Part shown: one piece after another, positions 24,701 through 38,200 of the stretch
How the letters are laid out: the number at the start of each line of letters is the position of its first letter
Position numbering within the stretch: position 1 is the stretch's first letter
Assembly: GCF_009914755.1 (NCBI RefSeq)
Contig: NC_060936.1
Strand: one strand, 5' to 3'
DNA: 64,000 nucleotides
Source: the human T2T-CHM13v2.0 reference genome, Homo sapiens
Position numbers and translations under genes: made by a program
The notes under the pieces: model-generated
Seen by the model: only the letters and a program-made list of their open reading frames with translations
The model's database searches: none
Told to the model about the DNA's origin: nothing

Positions 24701-27700
24701 ACACCCCACAAATAAGTTGCTGAGAATTCTTCTGTCGAACATTACATGAAGAAATCCCGTTTCCAACGAAGGCCTCAAAGAGGTCCAAATATCCACTTGC
24801 AGACATTACAAACAGAGTGTTTCCAAACTGCTCCATCAAAGGAAAGGTTAAACTCTGTGAGCTGAACACACACATCAAAAAGAAGTTTCTGTGAATGATT
24901 CTGTCTAGATTTTATAAGAAGATGTTTCCTTTTCTACAGTAGGCCTCAAAGCGCTTGAAATCTCCAGCTGCAAATTCCACAAAAAGGGTGTTTAACATCT
25001 GCTCTTCTAAAGGAAAGTTCAACTCTATGAGTTGAATACACACAGCACAAAGAATTTACTGAGACTTCTCCTATCAAACATTATATGAAGAAATCCCGTT
25101 TCCAACGAAGGCCTCAAAGAGGTCCAAATATCTGCTTGCAGACTTTACAGACAGAGTGTTTCCAAACTCCTCCATCAAAAGAAAGGTTAAACTCCTTGAG
25201 TTGAACACACACATCACAAAGTAGTTTCTGTGAATGATTCTGTCTAGTTTTTATACGAAGATGTTTCCTTTTCTACCTTTGGTCTCAAAGCGATTGAAAT
25301 CTCCACATGGAAACTCCACAAAAAGAGTGTTTCAAATCTGCTCTTTCTGAAGGAAGGTTCAACTCTGTGAGTTGAATACACACACCACAAATAAGTTACT
25401 GAGAATTCTTCTGTGTAACATTATATGAGGAAATCCCGTTTCCAACGAAGGCCTCAAAGAGGTCCAAATATCCACTTGCAGACTTTACAAAGACAGTGTC
25501 TCCAAACTCCTCCATCAATAGAAAGGTTATACTCTGTGAATTGAACGCACACATCACAAAGTAGTTTCTGAGAATGATTCTGTCTAGTTTTTATACGAAG
25601 ATATTTCGTTTTCTACATTTGGCCTAAAAGCGCTTGAAATCTCCACCTGCAAATATCACAAAAAGAGGGTTTCACATCTGCTCTGTCTAAAGGACAGTTC
25701 ACCTCTGTGAGTTGTATAGAGGCAACAGAAAGAACTTACTCAGTATTATTCTTTCTAGCGTTCTATGAAGAAATCTCTTTTCCAACGAAGGCCTCAAAGA
25801 GGTCCAAATATCTGCTTGCAGACTTTACAGACAGAGTGTTTCCAAACTACTCTATGAAAAGAAAGCTTAAACTCCTTGAGTTGAACGCACAGATCGCAAA
25901 GTAGTTTCTGAGAATGATTCTGTCTTGTTTTTATACGAAGATATTTCCGTTTCTATGATTGGCCTCAAAGCGATTGAAATCTCCAACTGGAAGCTGCACA
26001 AATAGGGTGTTTCAAATCTGCTCTGTCTAAAGGAAGGTTCAACTCTGTGAGTTGAATACACACACTACAGGTAAGTTACTGAGAATTCTTCTGTCGAACA
26101 TTACATGAAGAAATCCCGTTTCCAACGAAGACCTCAAAGAGGTCCAAATATCCACTTGCAGACATTACAAACAGAGTGTTTCCAAACTGCTCCATCAAAA
26201 GAAAGGTTAAACCCTGTGAGCTGAACACACACATCAAAAAGATGTTTCTGTGAATGATTCTGTCTAGATTTTAGAAGAAGATGTTTCCTTTTCTACCGTA
26301 GGCCTCAAAGCGCTTGAAATCTCCAGCTGCAAATTCCACAGAAAGGGTGTTTAACATCTGCTCTTCTAAAGGAAAATTTAACTCTATGAGTTGAATACAC
26401 ACAGCACAAAGAAGTTACTGAGACTTCTCCTATCAAACATTATATGAAGAAATCCCGTTTCCAAAGAAGGCCCCAAAGCAGTCCAAATATCCACTTGCAG
26501 ACGTGAAAAACAGAGTGTTTCCAAACTGCCATATCAAAAGAAAGGTTAAACTCTGTGAGCTGAACACACACATCACAAAGTAGTTTCTGTGAATGATTCT
26601 GTCTAGTTTTTATACGAAGATGTTTCCTTTTCTACCTTTGGTCTCAAAGCGATGGATATCTCCACATGGAAACTCCACAAAATGAGTGTTTCAAATCTGC
26701 TCTTTCTGAAGGAAGGTTCAACTCTGTGAGTTGAATACACACACCACAAATAAGTTGCTGAGAATTCTTCTGTCGAACATTACATGAAGAAATCCCGTTT
26801 CCAACCAAGGCCTCAAAGAGGTCCATATATCCACTTGCAGATATTACAAACTGAGTGTTTCCAAACTGCTCCATCAAAGGAAATGTTAAACTCTGTGAGC
26901 TGAACACACACATCAAAAAGAAGTTTCTGTGAATGATTCTGTCTAGATTTTATAAGAAGATGTTTCCTTTTCTACAGTAGGCCTCAAAGCGCTTGAAACC
27001 TCCAGCTGCAAATTCCCCAAAAAGGGTGTTTAACATCTGCTCTTCTAAAGGAAAGTTCAACTCTATGAGTTGAATACACACAGCACAAAGAAGTTACTGA
27101 GACTTCTCCTATCAAACATTATATGAAGAAATCCCGTTTCCAACGAAGGCCCCAAAGAGGTCCAAATATCCACTTGCAGACTTTACAGACAGAGTGTTTC
27201 CAAACTCCTCCATCAAAAGAAAGGTTAAACTCCTTGAGTTGAACACACACATCACAAAGTAGTTTCTGTGAATGATTCTGTCTAGTTTTTATACGAAGAT
27301 GTTTCCTTTTCTACCTTTGTTCTCAAAGCAATTGAAGTCTCCACATGGAAACTCCACAAAAAGAGTGTTTCAAATCTGCTCTGTCTGAAGGAAGGTTCAA
27401 CTCTGTGAGTTGAATACACACACCACAAATAAGTTACTGAGAATTCTTCTGTGTAACATTATATGAGGAAATCCCGTTTCCAACGAAGGCCTCAAAGAGG
27501 TCCAAATATCCACTTGCAGACTTTACAAAGACAGTGTCTCCAAACTCCTCCATCAAAAGAAAGGTTATACTCTGTGAATTGAACGCACACATCACAAAGT
27601 AGTTTCTGAGAATGATTCTGTCTAGTTTTCATACGAAGATATTTCCTTTTCTACATTTGGCCTAAAAGCGCTTGAAATCTCCACCTGCAAATATCACAAA

Positions 27701-30700
27701 AAGAGGGTTTCACATCTGCTCTGTCTAAAGGACAGTTCACCTCTGTGAGTTGAATAGAGGCAACACAAAGAACGTACTCAGTATTCTTCTTTCTAGCGTT
27801 ATATGAAGAAATCCCGTTTCCAAAGAAGGCCTCAAAGAGGTCCAAATATCTGCTTGCAGACTTTACAGACAGAGTGTTTCCAAACTACTCTATGAAAAGA
27901 AAGCTTAAACTCCTTGAGTTGAACGCACACATCACAAAGTAGTTTCTGAGAATGATTCTGTCTTGTTTTTATACGAAGATATTTCCGTTTCTATGATTGG
28001 CCTCAAAGCGATTGAAATCTCCAACTGGAAAATGCACAAATAGGGTGTTTCAAATCTGCTCTGTCTAAAGGAAGGTTCAACTCTGTGAGTTGAATACACA
28101 CACCACAAATAAGTTACTGAGAATTCTTCTGTCGACCATTACATGAAGAAATCCCGTTTCCAACGAAGGCCTCAAAGAGGTCCAAATATCCCCTTGCAGA
28201 CATTACAAACAGAGTGTTTCCAAACTGCTCCATCAAAAGAAAGGTCAAACTCTGTGAGCTGAACACACACATCAAAAAGAAGTTTCTGTGAATGATTCTG
28301 TCTAGATTTTATAAGAAGATGTTTCCTTTTCTACCGTAGGCCTCAAAGCGCTTGAAATCTCCAGCTGCAAATTCCACAAAAAGGGTGTTTACCATCTGCT
28401 CTTCTAAAGGAAAGTTCAACTCTATGAGTTGAATACACACAGCACAAAGAAGTTACTGAGACTTCTCCTATCAAACATTATAGGAAGAAATCCCGTTTCC
28501 AACGAAGGCCTCAAAGAGGTCCAAATATCCACTTGCAGACGTGACAAACAGAGTGTTTCCAAACTGCTCCATCAAAAGAAAGGTTAAACTCTGTGAGTTG
28601 AACACACACATCACAAAGTAGTTTCTGTGAATGATTCTGTCTAGTTTTTATACGAAGATGTTTCCTTTTCTACCTTTGGTCTCAAAGCGATTGAAATCTC
28701 CACATGGAAACTCCACAAAAAGAGTGTTTCAAATCTGCTCTTTCTGAAGGAAGGTTCAACTCTGTGAATTGAATACACACACCACAAATAAGTTACTGAG
28801 AATTCTTCTGTGTAACATTATGTGAGGAAATCCCATTTCCAACGAAGGCGTCAAACAGGTCCAAATATCCACTTGCAGACTTTACAAAGACAGTGTCTCC
28901 AAACTCCTCCATCAAAAGAAAGGTTATACTGTGTGAATTGAACGCACACATCACAAAGTAGTTTCTGAGAAAGATTCTGTCTAGTTTTTATACGAAGATA
29001 TTTCCTTTTCTACATTTGGCCTAAAAGCGCTTGAAATCTCCACCTGCAAATATCACAAAAAGAGGGTTTCGCATCTGCTCTGTCTAAAGGACAGTTCACC
29101 TCTGTGAGTTGTATAGAGGCAACAGAAAGAACTTACTCAGTATTTTTCTTTCTAGCGTTCTATGAAGAAATCTCTTTTCCAACGAAGGCCTCAAAGAGGT
29201 CCAAATATCTGCTTGCAGACTTTACAGACAGAGTGTTTCCAAACTACTCTATGAAAAGAAAGCTTAAACTCCTTGAGTTGAACGCACAGATCGCAAAGTA
29301 GTTTCTGAGAATGATTCTGTCTTGTTTTTATACGAAGATATTTCCGTTTCTATGATTGGCCTCAAAGCGATTGAAATCTCCAACTGGAAGCTGCACAAAT
29401 AGGGTGTTTCAAATCTGCTCTGTCTAAAGGAAGGTTCAACTCTGTGAGTTGAATACACACACTACAGGTAAGTTACTGAGAATTCTTCTGTCGAACATTA
29501 CATGAAGAAATCCCGTTTCCAACGAAGACCTCAAAGAGGTCCAAATATCCACTTGCAGACATTACAAACAGAGTGTTTCCAAACTGCTCCATCAAAAGAA
29601 AGGTTAAACCCTGTGAGCTGAACACACACATCAAAAAGATGTTTCTGTGAATGATTCTGTCTAGATTTTAGAAGAAGATGTTTCCTTTTCTACCGTAGGC
29701 CTCAAAGCGCTTGAAATCTCCAGCTGCAAATTCCACAGAAAGGGTGTTTAACATCTGCTCTTCTAAAGGAAAATTTAACTCTATGAGTTGAATACACACA
29801 GCACAAAGAAGTTACTGAGACTTCTCCTATCAAACATTATATGAAGAAATCCCGTTTCCAAAGAAGGCCCCAAAGCAGTCCAAATATCCACTTGCAGACG
29901 TGAAAAACAGAGTGTTTCCAAACTGCCATATCAAAAGAAAGGTTAAACTCTGTGAGCTGAACACACACATCACAAAGTAGTTTCTGTGAATGATTCTGTC
30001 TAGTTTTTATACGAAGATGTTTCCTTTTCTACCTTTGGTCTCAAAGCGATGGATATCTCCACATGGAAACTCCACAAAATGAGTGTTTCAAATCTGCTCT
30101 TTCTGAAGGAAGGTTCAACTCTGTGAGTTGAATACACACACCACAAATAAGTTGCTGAGAATTCTTCTGTCGAACATTACATGAAGAAATCCCGTTTCCA
30201 ACCAAGGCCTCAAAGAGGTCCATATATCCACTTGCAGATATTACAAACTGAGTGTTTCCAAACTGCTCCATCAAAGGAAATGTTAAACTCTGTGAGCTGA
30301 ACACACACATCAAAAAGAAGTTTCTGTGAATGATTCTGTCTAGATTTTATAAGAAGATGTTTCCGTTTCTACAGTAGGCCTCAAAGCGCTTGAAACCTCC
30401 AGCTGCAAATTCCCCAAAAAGGGTGTTTAACATCTGCTCTTCTAAAGGAAAGTTCAACTCTATGAGTTGAATACACACAGCACAAAGAAGTTACTGAGAC
30501 TTCTCCTATCAAACATTATATGAAGAAATCCCGTTTCCAACGAAGGCCCCAAAGAGGTCCAAATATCCACTTGCAGACTTTACAGACAGAGTGTTTCCAA
30601 ACTCCTCCATCAAAAGAAAGGTTAAACTCCTTGAGTTGAACACACACATCACAAAGTAGTTTCTGTGAATGATTCTGTCTAGTTTTTATACGAAGATGTT

Positions 30701-32266
30701 TCCTTTTCTACCTTTGGTCTCAAAGCAATTGAAGTCTCCACATGGAAACTCCACAAAAAGAGTGTTTCAAATCTGCTCTGTCTGAAGGAAGGTTCAACTC
30801 TGTGAGTTGAATACACACACCACAAATAAGTTACTGAGAATTCTTCTGTGTAACATTATATGAGGAAATCCCGTTTCCAACGAAGGCCTCAAAGAGGTCC
30901 AAATATCCACTTGCAGACTTTACAAAGACAGTGTCTCCAAACTCCTCCATCAAAAGAAAGGTTATACTCTGTGAATTGAACGCACACATCACAAAGTAGT
31001 TTCTGAGAATGATTCTGTCTAGTTTTCATACGAAGATATTTCCTTTTCTACATTTGGCCTAAAAGCGCTTGAAATCTCCACCTGCAAATATCACAAAAAG
31101 AGGGTTTCACATCTGCTCTGTCTAAAGGACAGTTCACCTCTGTGAGTTGAATAGAGGCAACACAAAGAACGTACTCAGTATTCTTCTTTCTAGCGTTATA
31201 TGAAGAAATCCCGTTTCCAAAGAAGGCCTCAAAGAGGTCCAAATATCTGCTTGCAGACTTTACAGACAGAGTGTTTCCAAACTACTCTATGAAAAGAAAG
31301 CTTAAACTCCTTGAGTTGAACGCACACATCACAAAGTAGTTTCTGAGAATGATTCTGTCTTGTTTTTATACGAAGATATTTCCGTTTCTATGATTGGCCT
31401 CAAAGCGATTGAAATCTCCAACTGGAAAATGCACAAATAGGGTGTTTCAAATCTGCTCTGTCTAAAGGAAGGTTCAACTCTGTGAGTTGAATACACACAC
31501 CACAAATAAGTTACTGAGAATTCTTCTGTCGACCATTACATGAAGAAATCCCGTTTCCAACGAAGGCCTCAAAGAGGTCCAAATATCCCCTTACAGACAT
31601 TACAAACAGAGTGTTTCCAAACTGCTCCATCAAAAGAAAGGTCAAACTCTGTGAGCTGAACACACACATCAAAAAGAAGTTTCTGTGAATGATTCTGTCT
31701 AGATTTTATAAGAAGATGTTTCCTTTTCTACCGTAGGCCTCAAAGCGCTTGAAATCTCCAGCTGCAAATTCCACAAAAAGGGTGTTTACCATCTGCTCTT
31801 CTAAAGGAAAGTTCAACTCTATGAGTTGAATACACACAGCACAAAGAAGTTACTGAGACTTCTCCTATCAAACATTATAGGAAGAAATCCCGTTTCCAAC
31901 GAAGGCCTCAAAGAGGTCCAAATATCCACTTGCAGACGTGACAAACAGAGTGTTTCCAAACTGCTCCATCAAAAGAAAGGTTAAACTCTGTGAGTTGAAC
32001 ACACACATCACAAAGTAGTTTCTGTGAATGATTCTGTCTAGTTTTTATACGAAGATGTTTCCTTTTCTACCTTTGGTCTCAAAGCGATTGAAATCTCCAC
32101 ATGGAAACTCCACAAAAAGAGTGTTTCAAATCTGCTCTTTCTGAAGGAAGGTTCAACTCTGTGAATTGAATACACACACCACAAATAAGTTACTGGGAAT
32201 TCTTCTGTGTAACATTATGTGAGGAAATCCCGTTTCCAACGAAGGCCTCAAACAGGTCCAAATATC
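21736..32266 (-). repeat. Super-unit copy 1: 6-mer + 8-mer + 8-mer + two 20-mers (10531 bp, 62 monomers)
   Basis: A starts at 21736, 22756, 24115, 25473 and 28870; ORF pairs 24508/35039 and 25707/36238 are offset by 10531. Confidence 0.88.
25473..32266 (-). repeat. 20-mer HOR variant (3397 bp; A-B-C-D'-C-D-A-B-C-D'), two tandem copies
   Basis: The ORF set repeats at +3397 (25707/29104, 26644/30041, 27651/31048); private markers ttgtatag, acagatcgc, actacaggtaag, gccatatc, gatggatatc, caattgaagtc, aacgtactc. Confidence 0.92.
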
Positions 32267-35200
32267 CACTTGCAGACTTTACAAAGACAGTGTCTCCAAA
32301 CTCCTCCATCAAAAGAAAGGTTATACTGTGTGAATTGAACGCACACATCACAAAGTAGTTTCTGAGAAAGATTCTGTCTAGTTTTTATACGAAGATATAT
32401 CCTTTTCTACATTTGGCCTAAAAGCGCTTGAAATCTCCACCTGCAAATATCACAAAAAGAGGGTTTCACATCTGCTCTGTCTGAAGGACAGTTCACCTCT
32501 GTGAGTTGAATAGAGGCAACACAAAGAACTTACTCAGTATTCTTCTTTCTAGCGTTCTATGAAGAAATCCCGTTTCCAACGAAGGCCCCAAATAGGTCCA
32601 AATATCTGCTTGCAGACTTTACAGACAGATTGTTTCCAAACTACTCTATGAAAAGAAAGCTTAAACTCCTTGAGTTGAACGCACACATCACAAAGTAGTT
32701 TCTGAGAATGATTCTGTCTAGTTTTTATACGAAGATGTTTCCTTTTCTACATTTGGTCTCAAAGCGATTGAAATCTCCAACTGGAAACTGCACAAATAGG
32801 GTGTTTCAAATCTGCTCTGTCTAAAGGAAGGTTCAACTCTGTGAGTTGAATACACACACCACAAATAAGTTACTGAGAATTCTTCTGTCGAACATTACAT
32901 GAAGAAATCCCGTTTCCAACGAAGGCCTCAAAGACGTCCAAATATCCACTTGCAGACATTACAAACAGAGTGTTTCCAAACTGCTCCATCAAAAGAAAGG
33001 TTAAACTCTGTGAGCTGAACACACACATCAAAAAGAAGTTTCTGTGAATGATTCTGTCTAGATTTTATAAGAAGATGTTTCCTTTTCTACCGTAGGCCTC
33101 AAAGCGATTGAAATCTCCACATGGAAACTCCACAAAAAGAGTGTTTCAAATCTGCTCTTTCTGAAGGAAGGTTCATCTCTGTGAGTTGAATACACACACC
33201 ACAAATAAGTTACTGAGAATTCTTCTGTGTAACATTATATGAGGAAATCCCGTTTCCAACGAAGGCCTCAAAGAGGTCCAAATATCCACTTGCAGACTTT
33301 ACAAAGACAGTGTCTCCAAACTCCTCCATCAAAAGAAAGGTTATACTCTGTGAATTGAACGCACACATCACAAAGTAGTTTCTGAGAATGATTCTGTCTA
33401 GTTTTTATACGAAGACATTTCCTTTTCTACATTTGGCCTCAAAGCGCTTGAAATCTCCACCTGCAAATATCACAAAAAGAGGGTTTCACATCTGCTCTGT
33501 CTAAAGGACAGTTCACCTCTGTGAGTTGAATAGAGGCAACACAAAGAACTTACTCAGTATTCTTCTTTCTAGCGTTCTATGAAGAAATCCCGTTTCCAAC
33601 GAATGCCTCAAAGAGGTCCAAATATCTGCTTGCAGACTTTACAGAGAGAGTGTTTCCAAACTACTCTATGAAAAGAAAGCTTAAACTCCTTGAGTTGAAC
33701 GCACACATCACAAAGTAGTTTCTGAGAATGATTCTGTCTTGTTTTTATACGAAGAGATTTCCGTTTCTATGATTGGCTTCAAAGCGATTGAAATCTCCAA
33801 CTGGAAAATGCACAAATAGGGTGTTTCAAATCTGCTCTGTCTAAAGGAAGGTTCAACTCTGTGAGTTGAATACACACACCACAAATAAGTTACTGAGAAT
33901 TCTTCTGTCGAACATTACATGAAGAAATCCCGTTTCCAACGAAGGCCTCAAAGAGGTCCAAATATCCCCTTGCAGATATTACAAACAGAGTGTTTCCAAA
34001 CTGCTCCATCAAAAGAAAGGTCAAACTCTGTGAGCTGAACGCACACATCAAAAAGAAGTTTCTGTGAATGATTCTGTCTAGATTTTATAAGAAGATGTTT
34101 CCTTTTCTACCGTAGGCCTCAAAGCGCTTGAAATCTCCAGCTGCAAATTCCACAAAAAGGGTGTTTACCATCTGCTCTTCTAAAGGAAAGTTCAACTCTA
34201 TGAGTTGAATACACACAGCACAAATAAGTTACTGAGACTTCTGCTATCAAACATTATAGGAAGAAATCCCGTTTCCAACGAAGGCCTCAAAGAGGTCCAA
34301 ATATCCACTTGCAGACGTGACAAACAGAGTGTTTCCAAACTGCTCCATCCAAAGAAAGGTTAAACTCTGTGAGTTGAACACACACATCACAAAGTAGTTT
34401 CTGTGAATGATTCTGTCTAGTTTTTATACGAAGATGTTTCCTTTTCTACCTTTGGTCTCAAAGCGATTGAAATCTCCACATGGAAACTCCACAAAAAGAG
34501 TGTTTCAAATCTGCTCTTTCTGAAGGAAGGTTCAACTCTGTGAGTTGAATACACACACCACAAATAAGTTACTGAGAATTCTTCTGTGTAACATTATATG
34601 AGGAAATCCCGTTTCCAACGAAGGCCTCAAAGAGGTCCAAATATCCACTTGCAGACTTTACAAAGACAGTGTCTCCAAACTCCTCCATCAAAGGAAAGGT
34701 TATCCTCTGTGAATTGAACGCACACATCACAAAGTAGTTTCTGAGAATGATTCTGTCTAGTTTTTATACGAAGATATTTCCTTTTCTACATTTGGCCTAA
34801 AAGCGCTTGAAATCTCCACTGCAAATATCACAAAAAGAGGGTTTCACATCTGCTCTGTCTAAAGGACAGTTCACCTCTGTGAGTTGAATAGAGGCAACAC
34901 AAAGAACTTACTCAGTATTCTTCTTTCTAGCGTTATATGAAGAAATCCCGTTTCCAACGAAGGCCTCAAAGAGGTCCAAATATCTGCTTGCAGACTTTAC
35001 AGACAGAGTGTTTCCAAACTATTCTATGAAAAGAAAGCTTAAACTCCTTGAGTTGAACGCACACAATGCAAAGTAGTTTCTGAGAATGATTCTGTCTTGT
35101 TTTTATACGAAGATATTTCCGTTTCTATGATTGGCCTCAAAGCCATTGAAATCTCCAACTGGAAGCTGCACAAATAGGGTGTTTCAAATCTGCTCTGTCT

Positions 35201-38200
35201 AAAGGAAGGTTCAACTCTGTGAGTTGAATACACACACCACAAATAAGTTGCTGAGAATTCTTCTGTCGAACATTACATGAAGAAATCCCGTTTCCAACGA
35301 AGGCCTCAAAGAGGTCCAAATATCCACTTGCAGACATTACAAACAGAGTGTTTCCAAACTGCTCCATCAAAGGAAAGGTTAAACTCTGTGAGCTGAACAC
35401 ACACATCAAAAAGAAGTTTCTGTGAATGATTCTGTCTAGATTTTATAAGAAGATGTTTCCTTTTCTACAGTAGGCCTCAAAGCGCTTGAAATCTCCAGCT
35501 GCAAATTCCACAAAAAGGGTGTTTAACATCTGCTCTTCTAAAGGAAAGTTCAACTCTATGAGTTGAATACACACAGCACAAAGAATTTACTGAGACTTCT
35601 CCTATCAAACATTATATGAAGAAATCCCGTTTCCAACGAAGGCCTCAAAGAGGTCCAAATATCTGCTTGCAGACTTTACAGACAGAGTGTTTCCAAACTC
35701 CTCCATCAAAAGAAAGGTTAAACTCCTTGAGTTGAACACACACATCACAAAGTAGTTTCTGTGAATGATTCTGTCTAGTTTTTATACGAAGATGTTTCCT
35801 TTTCTACCTTTGGTCTCAAAGCGATTGAAATCTCCACATGGAAACTCCACAAAAAGAGTGTTTCAAATCTGCTCTTTCTGAAGGAAGGTTCAACTCTGTG
35901 AGTTGAATACACACACCACAAATAAGTTACTGAGAATTCTTCTGTGTAACATTATATGAGGAAATCCCGTTTCCAACGAAGGCCTCAAAGAGGTCCAAAT
36001 ATCCACTTGCAGACTTTACAAAGACAGTGTCTCCAAACTCCTCCATCAATAGAAAGGTTATACTCTGTGAATTGAACGCACACATCACAAAGTAGTTTCT
36101 GAGAATGATTCTGTCTAGTTTTTATACGAAGATATTTCGTTTTCTACATTTGGCCTAAAAGCGCTTGAAATCTCCACCTGCAAATATCACAAAAAGAGGG
36201 TTTCACATCTGCTCTGTCTAAAGGACAGTTCACCTCTGTGAGTTGTATAGAGGCAACAGAAAGAACTTACTCAGTATTATTCTTTCTAGCGTTCTATGAA
36301 GAAATCTCTTTTCCAACGAAGGCCTCAAAGAGGTCCAAATATCTGCTTGCAGACTTTACAGACAGAGTGTTTCCAAACTACTCTATGAAAAGAAAGCTTA
36401 AACTCCTTGAGTTGAACGCACAGATCGCAAAGTAGTTTCTGAGAATGATTCTGTCTTGTTTTTATACGAAGATATTTCCGTTTCTATGATTGGCCTCAAA
36501 GCGATTGAAATCTCCAACTGGAAGCTGCACAAATAGGGTGTTTCAAATCTGCTCTGTCTAAAGGAAGGTTCAACTCTGTGAGTTGAATACACACACTACA
36601 GGTAAGTTACTGAGAATTCTTCTGTCGAACATTACATGAAGAAATCCCGTTTCCAACGAAGACCTCAAAGAGGTCCAAATATCCACTTGCAGACATTACA
36701 AACAGAGTGTTTCCAAACTGCTCCATCAAAAGAAAGGTTAAACCCTGTGAGCTGAACACACACATCAAAAAGATGTTTCTGTGAATGATTCTGTCTAGAT
36801 TTTAGAAGAAGATGTTTCCTTTTCTACCGTAGGCCTCAAAGCGCTTGAAATCTCCAGCTGCAAATTCCACAGAAAGGGTGTTTAACATCTGCTCTTCTAA
36901 AGGAAAATTTAACTCTATGAGTTGAATACACACAGCACAAAGAAGTTACTGAGACTTCTCCTATCAAACATTATATGAAGAAATCCCGTTTCCAAAGAAG
37001 GCCCCAAAGCAGTCCAAATATCCACTTGCAGACGTGAAAAACAGAGTGTTTCCAAACTGCCATATCAAAAGAAAGGTTAAACTCTGTGAGCTGAACACAC
37101 ACATCACAAAGTAGTTTCTGTGAATGATTCTGTCTAGTTTTTATACGAAGATGTTTCCTTTTCTACCTTTGGTCTCAAAGCGATGGATATCTCCACATGG
37201 AAACTCCACAAAATGAGTGTTTCAAATCTGCTCTTTCTGAAGGAAGGTTCAACTCTGTGAGTTGAATACACACACCACAAATAAGTTGCTGAGAATTCTT
37301 CTGTCGAACATTACATGAAGAAATCCCGTTTCCAACCAAGGCCTCAAAGAGGTCCATATATCCACTTGCAGATATTACAAACTGAGTGTTTCCAAACTGC
37401 TCCATCAAAGGAAATGTTAAACTCTGTGAGCTGAACACACACATCAAAAAGAAGTTTCTGTGAATGATTCTGTCTAGATTTTATAAGAAGATGTTTCCTT
37501 TTCTACAGTAGGCCTCAAAGCGCTTGAAACCTCCAGCTGCAAATTCCCCAAAAAGGGTGTTTAACATCTGCTCTTCTAAAGGAAAGTTCAACTCTATGAG
37601 TTGAATACACACAGCACAAAGAAGTTACTGAGACTTCTCCTATCAAACATTATATGAAGAAATCCCGTTTCCAACGAAGGCCCCAAAGAGGTCCAAATAT
37701 CCACTTGCAGACTTTACAGACAGAGTGTTTCCAAACTCCTCCATCAAAAGAAAGGTTAAACTCCTTGAGTTGAACACACACATCACAAAGTAGTTTCTGT
37801 GAATGATTCTGTCTAGTTTTTATACGAAGATGTTTCCTTTTCTACCTTTGGTCTCAAAGCAATTGAAGTCTCCACATGGAAACTCCACAAAAAGAGTGTT
37901 TCAAATCTGCTCTGTCTGAAGGAAGGTTCAACTCTGTGAGTTGAATACACACACCACAAATAAGTTACTGAGAATTCTTCTGTGTAACATTATATGAGGA
38001 AATCCCGTTTCCAACGAAGGCCTCAAAGAGGTCCAAATATCCACTTGCAGACTTTACAAAGACAGTGTCTCCAAACTCCTCCATCAAAAGAAAGGTTATA
38101 CTCTGTGAATTGAACGCACACATCACAAAGTAGTTTCTGAGAATGATTCTGTCTAGTTTTCATACGAAGATATTTCCTTTTCTACATTTGGCCTAAAAGC

